A DNA stretch of 64,000 bases from Tubulanus polymorphus. Lineage: Eukaryota > Animalia > Nemertea. Made by a program: the position numbers and the translations under genes. Position 1 is the stretch's first letter; each line of letters opens with the position of its first letter. The notes under the pieces are model-generated. The model was not told the origin of the DNA. It worked only from the letters and a program-made list of their open reading frames with translations, and made no database searches. This document shows, piece by piece, positions 1 to 13,282 of the stretch. Where the stretch lies: positions 888,131 to 952,130 of the forward strand of contig NC_134033.1 of assembly GCF_964204645.1 (NCBI RefSeq). Direction: 5' to 3'.

Positions 1-1421
1 GACCCGCCTGACGATACGGTATCGGTTGCCACCAACGGGGGGCGCCACGATCTATACGACGCTAACGAAGAGTACGTCTCACCTTTCGCTAACGGAGCTT
101 GTTTAAACGAGATGGCGTCGTCGAAACTTCCGCCGGCGTTAAACCGATTAAAAACGCGATCTTTCCCGACGTCGGTGGTTACTTTACTCTTTGCGCGGAT
201 AATCTCGCGCCATTTCTTCCACTCGGCGCAGAGACGACGCTTGATTTTGTAATACAGTAAACACAGTAGGAAGAGTAGAAGCATTGCGCTGAGAGCAGAC
301 GCCGTATAAACACCCATCATCGGGTCGTAGATCAGAGTGTATTTAGATTTATACGATTCAGTCGGGCGCGGGCGTCTTAACGGTGCGGGCGCGATCATAC
401 CCAGCGCCTGTGGCTCGTTCGGGCGCGGGCTTCTGAACGGTGCGGGCGCGATCATACCCAGCGCCCGTAGCCCGGATGAGCTGGTAGGTCTGTACAGCGC
501 GGTCGCGATGATACCCGGCGCCCGGGGCCTGGTTGATTCGGTCGGGCGCGGCCCTGTTGTACAGTTCAATAATTCGGCGGTTATTTCGTTTATTTCGTAT
601 CCCTGAGTTACGCAAACGGGTATTTTAGATCGGGCGCGATCGAGATTAGGGTGGCTCCGGTACCAGACTATGAATGGAAGTATGTCACAGGTGCACGGCA
701 GCGGGTTCGCGTCCAGGTTTAAAACGCGCAGCTGCTCGAGCCCGACGACGTCGCCGTCGACGACGAAACTTAAATCGGAAATCCCGTTCTCCGACAGATC
801 GAGCGTTCGTAACCGTGACAACCGGCGGAAAAATCCCCGAGGAAATGCGCGACCGGTTAACGAAGTATTACGAGCGTTAAACGTGCGTAGTTGCGGTAGA
901 TTGACGGCGTCTGCTCGTTTCCAACGTAACGACGGATTGTTGGATATATCGAGGTAAACAAGCGTTAGCGGCAGACGTTTCCACGCGATCGTCGTCAATC
1001 TGTTAGAATTCGCGTCGAGTCGCGCGACTTGGTCGTTTTCTAACCCGACGACCGTCGTCATGTCGACCAGGTTATTGTGACTGACGTCAATATCTCGTAG
1101 GTGGTGCTGTTCGGCGAACGTGGCGCCGGCGATCGTTTCGATTTCGTTACGTCGTAAATCGACTCGTCGTAAATTCGTCACTCGCGCGAAGTCGGTCGTT
1201 TTTAAAACGCGGATTCGATTCGCACTCAGATCAAGGACGGTCACGTTGTCGGGGATTCCCCGGCGTGGCACGGTCGTCAGTCCCGCTCCGCTACAGTTGA
1301 ATACTCCGTCATGACGATCGTATCGACACGCGCTATGCGAGGAGGAGGAGGAGGTCACATGACTGATCATCGTTAGAAGGTGAAGGACAAACAGCGTTGA
1401 ATCGCTGTTTATTGACATCAT
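1..1421 (-). CDS. Single-pass type I membrane leucine-rich-repeat protein (signal peptide, LRRNT, ~8 LRRs, LRRCT, Pro/Arg stalk, TM, cytoplasmic tail); 3' end outside window
   Basis: Manual translation of the minus strand from ATG 1421 is open to base 1: MMSINSDSTLFVLHLLTMISHVTS..., LRRNT CRYDRHDGVFNCSGAGLTTVPRRGIPDNV, LRRs LDLSANRI/VDLRRNEI/IDVSHNNL/LDANSNRL/LDISNN/FNARNTSL/LDLSENGI/LNLDAN, LRRCT NPLPCTCDILPFIVW...C...C, TM GVYTASALSAMLLLFLLCLLYY followed by basic KIKRR. Absent from the ORF track, presumably because there is no stop in the window. Candidate acceptor tttctattccag at 1666-1677 (minus) would start the coding exon at 1665. Confidence 0.92.
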   Translation of the reverse strand, partial: MMSINSDSTLFVLHLLTMISHVTSSSSSHSACRYDRHDGVFNCSGAGLTTVPRRGIPDNVTVLDLSANRIRVLKTTDFARVTNLRRVDLRRNEIETIAGATFAEQHHLRDIDVSHNNLVDMTTVVGLENDQVARLDANSNRLTTIAWKRLPLTLVYLDISNNPSLRWKRADAVNLPQLRTFNARNTSLTGRAFPRGFFRRLSRLRTLDLSENGISDLSFVVDGDVVGLEQLRVLNLDANPLPCTCDILPFIVWYRSHPNLDRARSKIPVCVTQGYEINEITAELLNCTTGPRPTESTRPRAPGIIATALYRPTSSSGLRALGMIAPAPFRSPRPNEPQALGMIAPAPLRRPRPTESYKSKYTLIYDPMMGVYTASALSAMLLLFLLCLLYYKIKRRLCAEWKKWREIIRAKSKVTTDVGKDRVFNRFNAGGSFDDAISFKQAPLAKGETYSSLASYRSWRPPLVATDTVSSGG

Positions 1422-2020
1422 GTATGTCACATGACCCGAATCAGCCTCATTTTCAACGGTGTTTTCCGTTCGTCTGCTGCCTTTATCTTCAATAATCAAC
1501 GCGACCTGTTTCTCAAGAGAGAGAAGTTTGTTTCATGTTTGATTTGTATCTAGGCCTCTATTCTTCGGTTCGTCCGTCTGTTCGTCTGTTCGTCCGTCTG
1601 TTCCTCCGTCTGTTCGTCTGTTCCTCCTTCTGTTCCTCCGTCTGTTCCGCTGTTCGTCTGTCAGCCTGGAATAGAAATAAACATAGATAAATTATTAATA
1701 TCAGAATTGATTTATGAAATCAGATACCATCTACTTTCGCTCCTAGGGAGATGAAAGGGGGGATGAGAGAGGGGATGAGAGAGGGGAGAGATCAGTTTCA
1801 TGTTTAACCATTGTCTTATTGATTTACGATCATAAGCAGTAAGTGCTTAAAAATAGACGATAATCAATATAGTGATTTCTGGATTGATTTTGTTATCGTT
1901 TTTGTTGCTGGTGTCAACGGTCTCGCGGTTGTTGAGGCGTGCGTGCTGTGGCTCAGTTCGAAGTGTGGCCATTGACCTATCAAACTAAGAAAATCTGAAA
2001 AATCTCAGGCAATCAGAAGC

Positions 2021-2191
2021 CCCTGGGCACAACACTGCGAGTCCCTGGGCACAACACTGCGAGTCCCTGTGCACAACACTGCGAGTCCCTGGGCACAACA
2101 CTGCGAGTCCCTGGGCCCAACACTACGAGCCCCTGGGCCCAACACTACGAGTCCCTGGGCCCAACACTGCGAGTCCCTGGGCACAACACTA
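2021..2191. repeat. 22-bp minisatellite (~8 copies)
   Basis: CCCTGGGCACAACACTGCGAGT tandem. Confidence 0.9.
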
Positions 2192-2625
2192 TGATACAGC
2201 TTTCATTTATCATTGAAATATAAAGTATGTAAACTACAAATTAGAGTTGAATATTTTTCCTGAAATCGACCCCTGACATTTAGCTCCTAGTATTTCATCG
2301 ACCGTTGATGAAAAACGTGTTTCCTTTTGATCAAGTTTCAAATGAATATCGCGTTCGTTGCCGAAGAGCTAAAATTAACGTTGACACAAACAAACAAACA
2401 AACGTTGTTTTGAACGGAAAATGAAACTTCGGTTTGAAATTAAAACGACGAAATATCGATCGAGAAATATCTTTAGATTGAAGTGTTTGAGATCAGAGAA
2501 ATTACTGCCATCAGAAAATGACGCAATTTCAAATCAAACGGATCGATTGCATTGATTCTGATCGCGAATTTTAAGGAGTCTTATTACATTTCTGCGTAAG
2601 TCCGTCATAATTTTTAACATTTTAA

Positions 2626-2898
2626 CCCTTTCAGTGCGTCTACACCGCAGTTCGGTGTATAAATTAGTGATTGATTTTTGCTAGTACACCGCACTGCGGT
2701 GTATTGATGTAATTAGTAATTAGTTTTTATCTCTATTGAAAGATGGCAGCACCTGTCAAACATAGTGAAATACTAGTAACTAACGATACACTGCACCGCA
2801 GTGTAGACGCACTACAGTGGGTATTCCCGTTATTTAACACACTAGGGTGGAATTTCTCAATTCATCTCCAGCACTATAGGGTATCAGCACTGAAAGGG
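2626..2898. mobile_element. piggyBac-like MITE, copy 1
   Basis: TTAA|CCCTTTCAGTGC ... GCACTGAAAGGG|TTAA terminal inverted repeats with TTAA target duplication; additional internal inverted repeat GTGCGTCTACAC/GTGTAGACGCAC. Confidence 0.85.
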
Positions 2899-3873
2899 TT
2901 AAAGATATTTCGTTGTCAAAAAGGGGCGTAAATATGTTGTCCGAAATCCCGGAAAGGAGAGATTAGAAAGAGTATTTATCTGTCAATAGGGGGCACTCCT
3001 GTCAGCATGGCGGTCATATTCGTATTACCCCTGGAGCCTGTGAAACTGAACTTCGAGATAAAAATTGCGTTCGGAATCTCGCTGCATCTAAGCTCCGCCC
3101 ACGGCAGTTGATTGACGTGGCAATGAATAACTGTGATCTGTCGACAAACTGAGAGAAAGATGGAGATGAATTGTAGTCAGCGGTTGATATCATATCGTAA
3201 CACATTGTATGAACGCAGTATATCAATGAGTAACTACCGGTACTGTATTACATCTGCAGGTGTTCGACCTCTGTGCTCCCTCTCCCTCCCTCACCTCTAC
3301 TGAACTCAACGTGCAGGTGTTTGACCTCTGTGCTCCCCTCCCTCCCTCACCTCAACTGAACTCAACGTGCAGGTGTTTGACCTCTGTGCAGGTGTCAGTC
3401 AAATGACTCCCGGTATGCTGATGACTGAGGAGTCAAATGACTCCCGGTATGCTGATGATCTCTGTGTAATATTTCTTCTTCTCTACGGTGGAATTTTGTT
3501 TGAAAAATCTTATCAGACAGGAATAGACTGTGGGTCTGTTAATCACCGAGTGCCTCATTATTTACCTCGTCACGGCGTTGTGCCGTCTGTCCGTCTGCCG
3601 CGTGTGTCTGTCGTGTCCGTTACTTTGATTTTTTTAATTCTCATCAAACTCTAGTTAGGTCTGATAAGAATTCTAATCAAACCAAACGACAGACGACAGA
3701 CGTTACTCACAGAAAAATAGAGACAAACGATGATCCAGTAGAAAGTAAGACAGACAATAACAACAAAACCGCGGGGTAGCGTTTTAACTCAGTTTCAATA
3801 AGTCATGGATAGACTCCGACTTGGTTTCCATAGACACTTGTTGACTGTTCATAATCCAATTGAAGGAAAACTC

Positions 3874-4251
3874 AAGAGAGTAGTGACGTTTAGACTCGAT
3901 TCTATGAGACATTTCAAAAACTAAGAGAGTAGTGACGTTTATACTCGATTCTATGAGACATTTCAAAAACTAAGAGAGTAGTGACGTTTATACTCGAATC
4001 TATGAGACATTTTCAAAAACTAAGAGAGTATTGATGTTTAGACTCGATTCTATGAGACATTTCAAAAACTAAGAGAGTAGTGACGTTTATACTCGAATCT
4101 ATGAGGCATTTTCAGAAACTAAGAGAGTATTGACGTTTAGACTCAATTCTATGAGGCATTTTCAGAAACTAAGAGAGTAGTGACGTTTAGACTCAATTCT
4201 ATGAGACATTTTCAGAAACTAAGAGAGTAGTGACGTTTAGACTCAATTCTA
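3874..4251. repeat. ~50-bp minisatellite (~7.5 copies)
   Basis: AAGAGAGTAGTGACGTTTA(T/G)ACTCGATTCTATGAGACATTTCAAAAACT tandem. Confidence 0.9.
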
Positions 4252-7115
4252 AGTAGTGACTTCAGCCAACAGCCAGACTTGTCATCCAATATGACGTGCG
4301 GTCATGTCAGGTGTATATTTCCTCCATACAACACTGATGCGCGCACCTGTTTATACCAGGTACCTGATTAACCCTGAAAATAATTCATTTATTACCTTGT
4401 AGTTTTAGGTGATCCTAGAGAAATCCTATTAACCCTTTACAACCTATTCATAGCCTACATCGAGGCTAATTTTAGTATCCATTTGTATTTTATTTCCTTA
4501 TTAGTAATTTGTATGTGATTTATCAGTTTATAAATATCTGATGTAATTAAGGATGTTAGGATTACGGTAGTGACGGGATTACGTTGTGTTGAGGATTACG
4601 CGGCGCACACCCTCTCTCTCTCTCTCTCTGGGTCTCCAGTCAGGTATCTCTCTAGCAGACGGATTCACACAGATTACCTACAGAAACGAGCTGAAGATTT
4701 TTACTGATCATCCTATAAATGTCACCAGTGCGTTGGTCTATCGTGCGGTTATTGTGCTTACATGGGTTCAATCAGTGAGAGGATAGTGAGTGAGAGAGAG
4801 GGGGAGAGAGAGGGAGAGAGAGAGGAGAGAGGGAGTGAGAGGGAGACAGAGAGGGATAGGGAGAGGGAGAGAGAGACAGAGAGGGGAGAGAGAGAGAGAC
4901 AGAGAGGGGGAGAGGGAGAAGAGAGTGAGAGGAGAGAGGGGGAAGAGAGGGGGAGAGACAGAGAGAGGGGAGAGAGGAAGAGAGAGAGAGGGAGAGGGGG
5001 AGAGACAGAGAGAGGGAAGAGAGGAAGAGAGAGAGGGAGAGAGAGGGGAAGAGGGAGGATCCTAACTGCAATCTGTTAGTGTTAATGCGTAGATTTTCCG
5101 ATCCTGTCGAAGGCTAATTTCTTGCTAAGTCTTCTGTCTGATCTATCTCTGCCCACTCATCCTGTGATTGATGTGCTGTTCGTCGTAATTTTAGAGGTTT
5201 CAGATACATTTCTCCATTGTGGTCGATGTAGAGTTGGGTGAGAGAGGAAGAGAGGTGACGGAGAAATGAGAGAGGATTGGAGTTAACCAAGGGGATAACG
5301 TATGACTTGATATATTTAGAATTCTAAAAATAAGCGAACTTTCATTTATATTTCATGGCTGTCAAACAGCAGCCGAGGGGGAGCAAGGGGAGTAGAAGGG
5401 AGTCGAAGGGGAGTGCAGCAATTATAACGAGATAATTGAACTGACGTTTAATTACGTTTGATGTTGAATATTAGGACTACACGATATTTCTTCATTAACC
5501 GATGACAGTGTCGTTACCGGGGTTGAACAGTATCGAGAGGTATCGCGCGATACACCGACGTATCGGGTACGTATCGGGTATCGGCGTAATCTAATAAACC
5601 GGTATTGACAATTTTGTTCTTTTCACGCTCACGTACCTCTCATACAATGGATCACTGCCTGCGTTTTAGTCATTAGTTTTTTGTGCTGCCTCTTACCTCA
5701 CAACCTCCCTCTCTCTCCCATTACCTCCCTCTCATTCCCTCACCTTTATCACCTCGCCTCTCTCTCCCTCACCCTACCTCTTACCTCACAACCTCCCTCT
5801 CTCACTTCCTCTCATACTTACCTTTATCACCTCTCCTCTCACCCTACCTCTTACCTCTCACAACCTCCCTCTCTCATCACCTCTCTTCCTCACCTCTCTC
5901 TCACCTCTCTCCCCCTCTCAGCTGCCTCGCCTCTCAGTTCTATCAGTCAGTGTTAATTCAATACGCGTATGTCGTCCCTCTCTACGAGCGTCTCGTAAGG
6001 TGCAAAATTGATCACAATTTTTCCGTGAATGCGTTGGATCTAAATTCAGATCTGGCGGTAACCGATAACAACTCGTTCGACTGTGAGAGAAAATAATTTG
6101 AAACAATCGCCGCGGCAACAACCGCAACACACAAAACCGTTACAACTCTCAGGCAGACGCTATTGGTGATTTCATTATTTAATCATTCCCCTCCCTCCCT
6201 TCCTCCCTTCCCCCTACCTCTCAATTCTCTCACCTCCCTTGTTTCCTTCTTCCCTCTCTTCTCTCTCGCCTCTTCACTTTCATCTTTCTCCTCTCCACTC
6301 TCTCCTTCTCACCCCTCTACCCATCACAGTGGGCTACACCCAAAATCAATAATAAACTCAGGAATTACTAACTCATTAAGAACTGTACAGTAATGCCACC
6401 TACAGAGAAATACTCAAACTATATTTCATGAGTTTTTCGTGAATAAAATTCAGTCACCAACAGACAAGCCTCATGTTTTACTGGTAGCTGTGTTCTGTGC
6501 TGGTAACTGGATCTGTTTGATTTCACTGATGCTAAAAAACGATCAAACACTACGAAAATTATCACATCAAAGCAATCGTCAAATTTCAAGCCAGATCAAA
6601 ACTGACAATTTTCCGAAATATTTAGATTTAGATTCTCCAGTGACGTGCGGTGTGTTGTACGCGGAAGTGAGGCTGTTGTCCGCCCGCCGGGCTGATACCG
6701 GGTTTAAACGTGTGCCCGCCCTGCCCTCGGGCAACAGGTTGAACAAATGAGTAAACTATATTCCCATTGGAATATAATTAACAATATCTACAACACAGTG
6801 GAACCTTACACTCCCCCCAGAGGGCGCCGTGTAACTTGAGGAGGTTTGAATTATGATTAGTTATTTATAAATGCCTTCTCATTTTCAATGACTTCAACGA
6901 TTCAGTAAAATTATGATTTGTTACAAATGACAACCTTCTCATTCTCAATGACTTCGAAAAGTCACTTGATCCATAATTAGCTTTTGAAATGATTTCATTT
7001 AATTGGATCTTTCCCCATGGAAGGAAAATAACTCCCTACAAGCTAAGTGAGGAGCTATATCAAATCAATATATCATTCCTCTCTCTCTCTCTCTCTTTCT
7101 CTCTCTCCCTCTCTC

Positions 7116-7146
<31 letters not shown>

Positions 7147-8363
7147 CCGCCTGCACCTGCCACAACCATCATCATATTTAATCAAAACCGATCAAAATAT
7201 CATCGCCACAATAACGGTCGGTTGATATTTCATATTTGACATCACCGTGGCGATGGAGCAGATGTGCGCAAATATTTCATATCAAATTCTGACAAGTTTT
7301 CGTCGTAACGTTGATGAAATTGAGTTGAGCATGAGTTGAATCTGGTCCCAGAGAGAGTTTCAACTCTTAAACATCAACACTACGCGATCTTCGAGCAAAT
7401 TTTCATCCACACAATTCTTCTCGAGTTTATTGAAAGCCCCTCAGCCTTAGGGAGTTAGGAATCTGTTATATTCAAACGCGCCCAGTTCCACAGTTTTGGA
7501 ATCTCAGTTCCACAATTCTGGATCCAGTTTCACAGTTACCGTGGACCCAGTTCCACAGTAATTGGAATCAGTTCCACAATATCTGTGAACCCAGTTCCAC
7601 AATAACTGGACTCTGATCTACTGTAGTTGGACCCAAAGGACTAACTGACTACGTGACTAGTCATTCATTAGTCATTTGTAGTGAAACTCTACAATCGCGA
7701 TCGTAGTAAACGTATTGTTAAAATCGAATCCGTTTCAATAATGAAAGCGGTTATTTGTTTGAATAGTTGCCGAGCGCTCGTCAGTGAGTGTCAGCAGACG
7801 GATGGAATATTGTCATCGTCGTCGTAACTAACGACCCTGGATCTAATAAACTTAGTTACAATTGATCTCAACAAGCGTGAGAGCAGAGAGAGAGAGAGAG
7901 AGCAGAGAGAGAGAGAGAGGAGAGAGAGAGCGCGCCTCTAATCCCTGTCATTGCTTTCACTTTTTCGTGTCAATAAAGCTCTGCGCGGCCTTGCAGTTCC
8001 ACATGACCTTGCAGGTCATTAATGACGATCAATCCATCCGTTCCTATTTTCTATTAGAAAAGATGGCCGCCTCCATTAAATCACCCTATGACATCATCAA
8101 ATCGGCCTTTAATTGATTTGAATCGATCCTAATAGAAAAGATGGCTGCCTTGATGAGTCCTCCTATGACATCACAGATTGACCCAGTCATATAATATTAT
8201 TAGCAAGATTTTTCTGAAAAGATGTCTGCCTCCATAAATCCCCATATGACTTCATCAAGAACTTCAGTATCTGATGTTCGGTTACTCTAGGGTTGTATAG
8301 GGATATAGGTCACTGTGGAGACAGCCGGGACTTGGTGAAACATGTGCAGACTGATCTCATTAA

Positions 8364-8651
8364 CACTTTCAGTGCGTCTACACCGCAGTGCGGTGTATAA
8401 ATCGGTGATGGATTTTGCTAGTACATCGCACTGCGGTATATCGATGTTATTAGTAATTACTTTTTATCTCTATTGAAAGATGGCAGCACCTGTCAAACAT
8501 AGTGAAATACTAGTAACTAACGATACACTGCGCTGCAGTGTGGACGCACTATAGTGGTATTCCTGTTATTCAACACACTAGGCTGGAATTTTTTTAAATT
8601 TTCTAATTATCTCCAGGACTATAGGGTATTGATTAGTCAGCACTGTAAGGG
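8364..8651. mobile_element. piggyBac-like MITE, copy 2
   Basis: Same sequence family as 2626-2898, TTAA on both sides, slightly degenerate TIRs (CACTTTCAGTGC...GCACTGTAAGGG). Confidence 0.85.
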
Positions 8652-8881
8652 TTAACGCGTTAATTAGTGAGGTTTAAATTATTAGAAACGTTGACAACTC
8701 AAACATGTCCTGAGAGTTGAGAGACCTCGAGACCGGGTGGGTGGGTCGGTGTGATAGTGTTTATACAGTAGAGTGAAGGAGACTGCTGCGAGTGAGGGTT
8801 GTACAAACACCCGACACATGAACACAGACACATGATCCAATATCTACACACTCCAATCCGTGTACAATATAAACCATCATC

Positions 8882-9095
8882 GGACTGGTTACCTGGTGTG
8901 TTCACTCGTTTGTGTGGAACCAGTCAGTATGCTGGACTGGTTACCTGGTACGTTCGCTAATGAGGAACCAGTCTTATATTGGACTGGTTACCTGGTATGT
9001 TCGCTCACGAGGAACCAGTCTTATATTGGACTGGTTACCTGGTACGTTCGCTCATTGGTGTGGAACCAGTCTTAAATTGGACTGGTTACCTGGTC
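8882..9095. repeat. ~46-52-bp degenerate minisatellite
   Basis: GGACTGGTTACCTGGT recurs 5 times. Confidence 0.85.
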
Positions 9096-9961
9096 CATGC
9101 GGGTGTGTGTAGCGTGAAAATGAATGAATGAATGTGATAAGATTATGTGATAAAAAATTGTTTATTCAATCAGTGGACCACATTATCTATCTCCTCTAGT
9201 TTCTCCCTCTCTCCTTCTTTCACTCTCACTTCTCTCCCCCTCCCTACCCTCCTCTCTTTTACCCCTCATCTCCCTTTATCCCTCTCCCACCCTACCCTCC
9301 CTCCTCTCACTTCCTCGCTCTTTTCCTCTCCTCTTACTGTCTCCCTCTCACTTCTCTTACTGTCCCTCACTTCTCTTTCTCCCTCTCACTTCTCTCTCCC
9401 TCTCACTCTCTCCCTCCTCTCCCTTAATCCCTCTCCCACCCTACCCTCTCCTCCCTCTCACTTCCTCGCTCTTTTCCTCTCACTTCTCTTTCTCTCTCCC
9501 TCTCTTTTCTTGTTCCTCGTCCCTCTTTCACTCTCATTCCTCAGTTAATGTGAAGCAGTAATTTGAAGACGTTCCGCTGCTGCGTAATACAACAATTAAT
9601 GATGCAATTATATCCGATCTATAATCAATACTCTGAGACCTAAATACGTCTCAGAGATTTACGAGCTGTCTTATTACCGTTTGGGGAGGGGGCAGGCAGG
9701 GGGAGGGGGCAGGCAGGGGGAGGGGAGGGAGGTGGGCACCTAAGGGGAGGTGAGGGGGGCACACAACCATCTGATCACACTTCCATCTGTCCACGTGATC
9801 ACACCTCTGTCTGATAGCACCTCTGTTTGATCACACCTGTGATCACACGATCACACCCCCATCTGATCAAAGTTGGTATAATCTATTTTAAGACGTGTGT
9901 CTCTGTCTAATTACCCGTTCAGGTGTTTGATACTGGTTCATTAGAGATGTGTGTGTTAGTG

Positions 9962-10357
9962 CCTCGCCCTATACCAGAAACCAGCACAGCTACCAACAAT
10001 CATCATAGCTTCCCTTAAATACACTGTCCTCGCCCTAAACCAGAAACCAGCACAGCTTCCAACAATCATCATAGCTCCCCTCAAATACACCTGTCCTCGC
10101 GCTATACTAGAAACCAGCACAGCTACCAACAATCATCATAGCTTCCCTTAAATACACTGTCCTCGCCCTAAACCAGAAACCAGCACAGCTTCCAACAATC
10201 ATCATAGCTCCCCTCAAATACACCTGTCCTCGCGCTATACTAGAAACCAGCACAGCTTCCAACAATCATCATAGCTTCCCTTAAATACACTGTCCTCGCC
10301 CTATACCAGAAACCAGCACAGCTTCCAACAATCATCATAGCTTCCCTCAAATGCACT
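9962..10357. repeat. 66/67-bp minisatellite (6 copies)
   Basis: CCTCGCCCTATACCAGAAACCAGCACAGCT(T/A)CCAACAATCATCATAGC... tandem. Confidence 0.9.
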
Positions 10358-10446
10358 TCAAAACAATAATGATCCTTTAGGACCATTTCAGGGCCACAGT
10401 CAGGAATTCACAAAATGGAGGGCCCAAAACTTACTAGGTCTAGTTG

Positions 10447-10517
<71 letters not shown>

Positions 10518-11010
10518 TTTAAGGTGAGTGTCTTAGGTGGTTTCATGGAATTTCCCGTAAGGGAATTTGAAAATAAGGATCATTTTCGGAGTGATTCTAA
10601 AACAGAATGACAGGCGAAGAATAGGGGACCCCCCTAAATCACCCCGCGTGTTTCAATCAGGGATGGTATGTACTACGTGCCTATAGTCTTGGTATTAATG
10701 ATCAGTAATTTCAGAATCACAGAATGACTCACGATTTCACCGGTTGCTAACGATGTCAATGTAGTAATTAATGCGTTATCATTAATTAGTGAGAGCTTCG
10801 TTAATATTGTGTCGAGTTCATTCAGTAAATATTCAGTAACGTATTGAACGCACTTTAGTGACGTGTGAGACCTGGCCTCAAATGCTACAAGGAATGTTCG
10901 GTTTGTACTCAAGGTGGCGCCACCGATCTGGAAAACCTGGGAATCAGAAAAATCATTGAAAACTAAATCTGGGAATTCAGATAATGATATTGACCACATG
11001 TTTCTTAGTG

Positions 11011-11277
11011 ATTAGTAACTGATCATAATTTTACTGAATCGTTGAAGTCATTGAGAATGAGAAGGTCGTCATTTGTAACTAATCATAATTTTACTGAATT
11101 GTTGAAGTCATTGAGAATGAGAAGGTCCTCATTTGTAACTAATCATAATTTTACTGAATTGTTGAAGTCATTGAGAATGAGAAGGTCGTCATTAGTAACT
11201 AATCATAATTTTATTGAATCGTTGAAGTTATTGAGAATGAAAAGGTCGTCATCAGTAACTAATCATAATTTTACTGA
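11011..11277. repeat. 60-bp minisatellite (~4.5 copies); inverted relative at ~6850-6960
   Basis: GTAACTAATCATAATTTTACTGAATxGTTGAAGTCATTGAGAATGAGAAGG; reverse complement present near 6850-6960. Confidence 0.88.
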
Positions 11278-11382
11278 GGAATCAAACATTTTTAGCAACA
11301 GGCTATGTTTGATCACTGTTACCATGGTGATTTTCTGAAAGGTATAATAACATTGTGACATGTTTTCCCAAAGACTGCTGTC

Positions 11383-11707
11383 GGGGTTGGATTGGTCCGG
11401 GGTTGATCGGTCCCGGGCTGATTGGTCCCGGGCTGATCGGTCCCGGGTTGATTGGCCCAGGGTTGATTGGTCCCTCGTTGATGATTTACATTCAGTGTTC
11501 AGCTTTCTTCACGTTCAGCGCTCACAAACTGTTTAGTCTTGTTTTGGGGTCAAGGCCGAGGCGGTTATCGGATAAAGATAAAAAAATGTGAGGAACTTGA
11601 TTCAAGGGAACTGGTGATTCAAGGGAACTGGTGATTCAGGGGAACTGGTGATTCAGGGGAACTGGTGATTCAGGGGAACTGGTGATTCAGGGGAACTGGT
11701 GATTCAA
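11383..11707. repeat. 15-bp (GGGYTGATYGGTCCC) and 17-bp (TGATTCAGGGGAACTGG) short tandem repeats
   Basis: Two blocks, 11383-11473 and 11598-11707. Confidence 0.85.
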
Positions 11708-13250
11708 AGTCACATTTGATCGGCGTCTCGTAATTAAAAAAACTAGTTTCATGGACACAATGGTTGCGGAACTATGGAACATTAACTGTGATACAGGTGA
11801 ATGATCATGAAAGTGAAGGGGAGATATGCATAGCCTTGTATGTTTGTTGTAAAACTGTTAATTAGCACCTGTCATTAGAATGTGTCATCTGCTCCTGTGT
11901 CTCCAGTGCCTTAATTAATAATCACATCATAAACAGTTTCTATATGTTACAATATACGATTAACTTCTTTAACAGGGAGAGGGTAGAGAGAGAAAGAGAG
12001 GAGAGAGTGAGGGGGAGAGAGAGAGAGAGGAGGAGAGTGAGGGGGAGAGAAGAGAGAACAGAGAGTGGTGAGAGAGAAGAGAGAGAGGGGAGAAAGAGAT
12101 GGGAGAGTATGGGGAGAGAGAGGAGGGAGGAGAGAGTAAGGGGAGAGGGAGACATGGGGAGAGGGAGGGAGGGAGAGAAGTGAGTAAGGGGGAGAGAGAA
12201 GAAAGAGAGAGGGGTGATGGAAAGAGTATGGGGAGAGAGAGGAGAGAGAGGGGTGATGGAGAGTATATGGGGGGAGAGAGAAGAGAGAGAGGGGTGATGG
12301 AGAGAGTAAGGGGGAGAGAGAAGAGAGAGAGAGGGGGTGATGGGGAGAGTATGGGGAGAGAGAGAGGAGAGATGATTATAGAGTTGAAAATAAAGATGAT
12401 GCATGTTTTTTGTAGATCAGTAGATAAACATTACAAACCGATTGAGTGTGAGTAATTATAGAGAGTCAGTGAGTGACACAACGTGAGGTCTCATTATATA
12501 TAAGTTTTACTGGTCTGTGGTTTTAGCTCTCTCCCCGTACGTGCGAGCGAGAGAATGAAGGCTAATTGTTTTTAGCGGAAACGTTGTTCCAAATATACTC
12601 AAGAATTCACACGACTGATTCATAGTCGGATTTCTCGCTCTTCTGACATGGCAATATTTTCTTGACCTCCTTGTACAGTATACACTGTACACTATACACT
12701 GTACACTGTACACTGTACACTATACACTGTACACTATACACTATACACCTGTATTGATAATGATGATTGAACATATGAAATAAAGGATTCTAAAAAGCTA
12801 CTCTGGAAAGGGTTATTGTCCGCAAAGGGTCATAGTCCTGATAGTTACTGTGGAACTGGGTAATTGTGGAACTGGTTTCAGAACTGTGGAACTGGCTGGG
12901 TACAGGACTGTAGAACTCGATCCTGAAGTGTGGAACTGGGTAAAGCACTGTGGATCTGGATCCAGAAATGTGGAACTGGATCCTGATTTGTGGAATTGGG
13001 TTCAGAACTGTGGAACCGGGTTCAGAACTGTGGAGGGTTCACAACTGTGGAAGTGTATGTTGAACTGTGGAAGTGGAAGTGGATGTAAACTGTTAGTAGA
13101 GTTTGTCTGTGTGAAGGTGTTGTTAATATCTCTAATGATTGCGGTTTGTGTTTATTGATTAAGTGAAACCGGAACAAACTCTTTCTTTCTTTCTCTCGTC
13201 TCACGCGTTAAACCAACATCAAGCTGCAGCAGCAGCACCAGCAGCACTAG

Positions 13251-13282
<32 letters not shown>

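Noticed and set aside
337-1314. Short ORFs in the track (337-606, 358-615, 670-957, 674-880, 1120-1314)
   Set aside because: Shadow frames of the minus-strand LRR coding exon.
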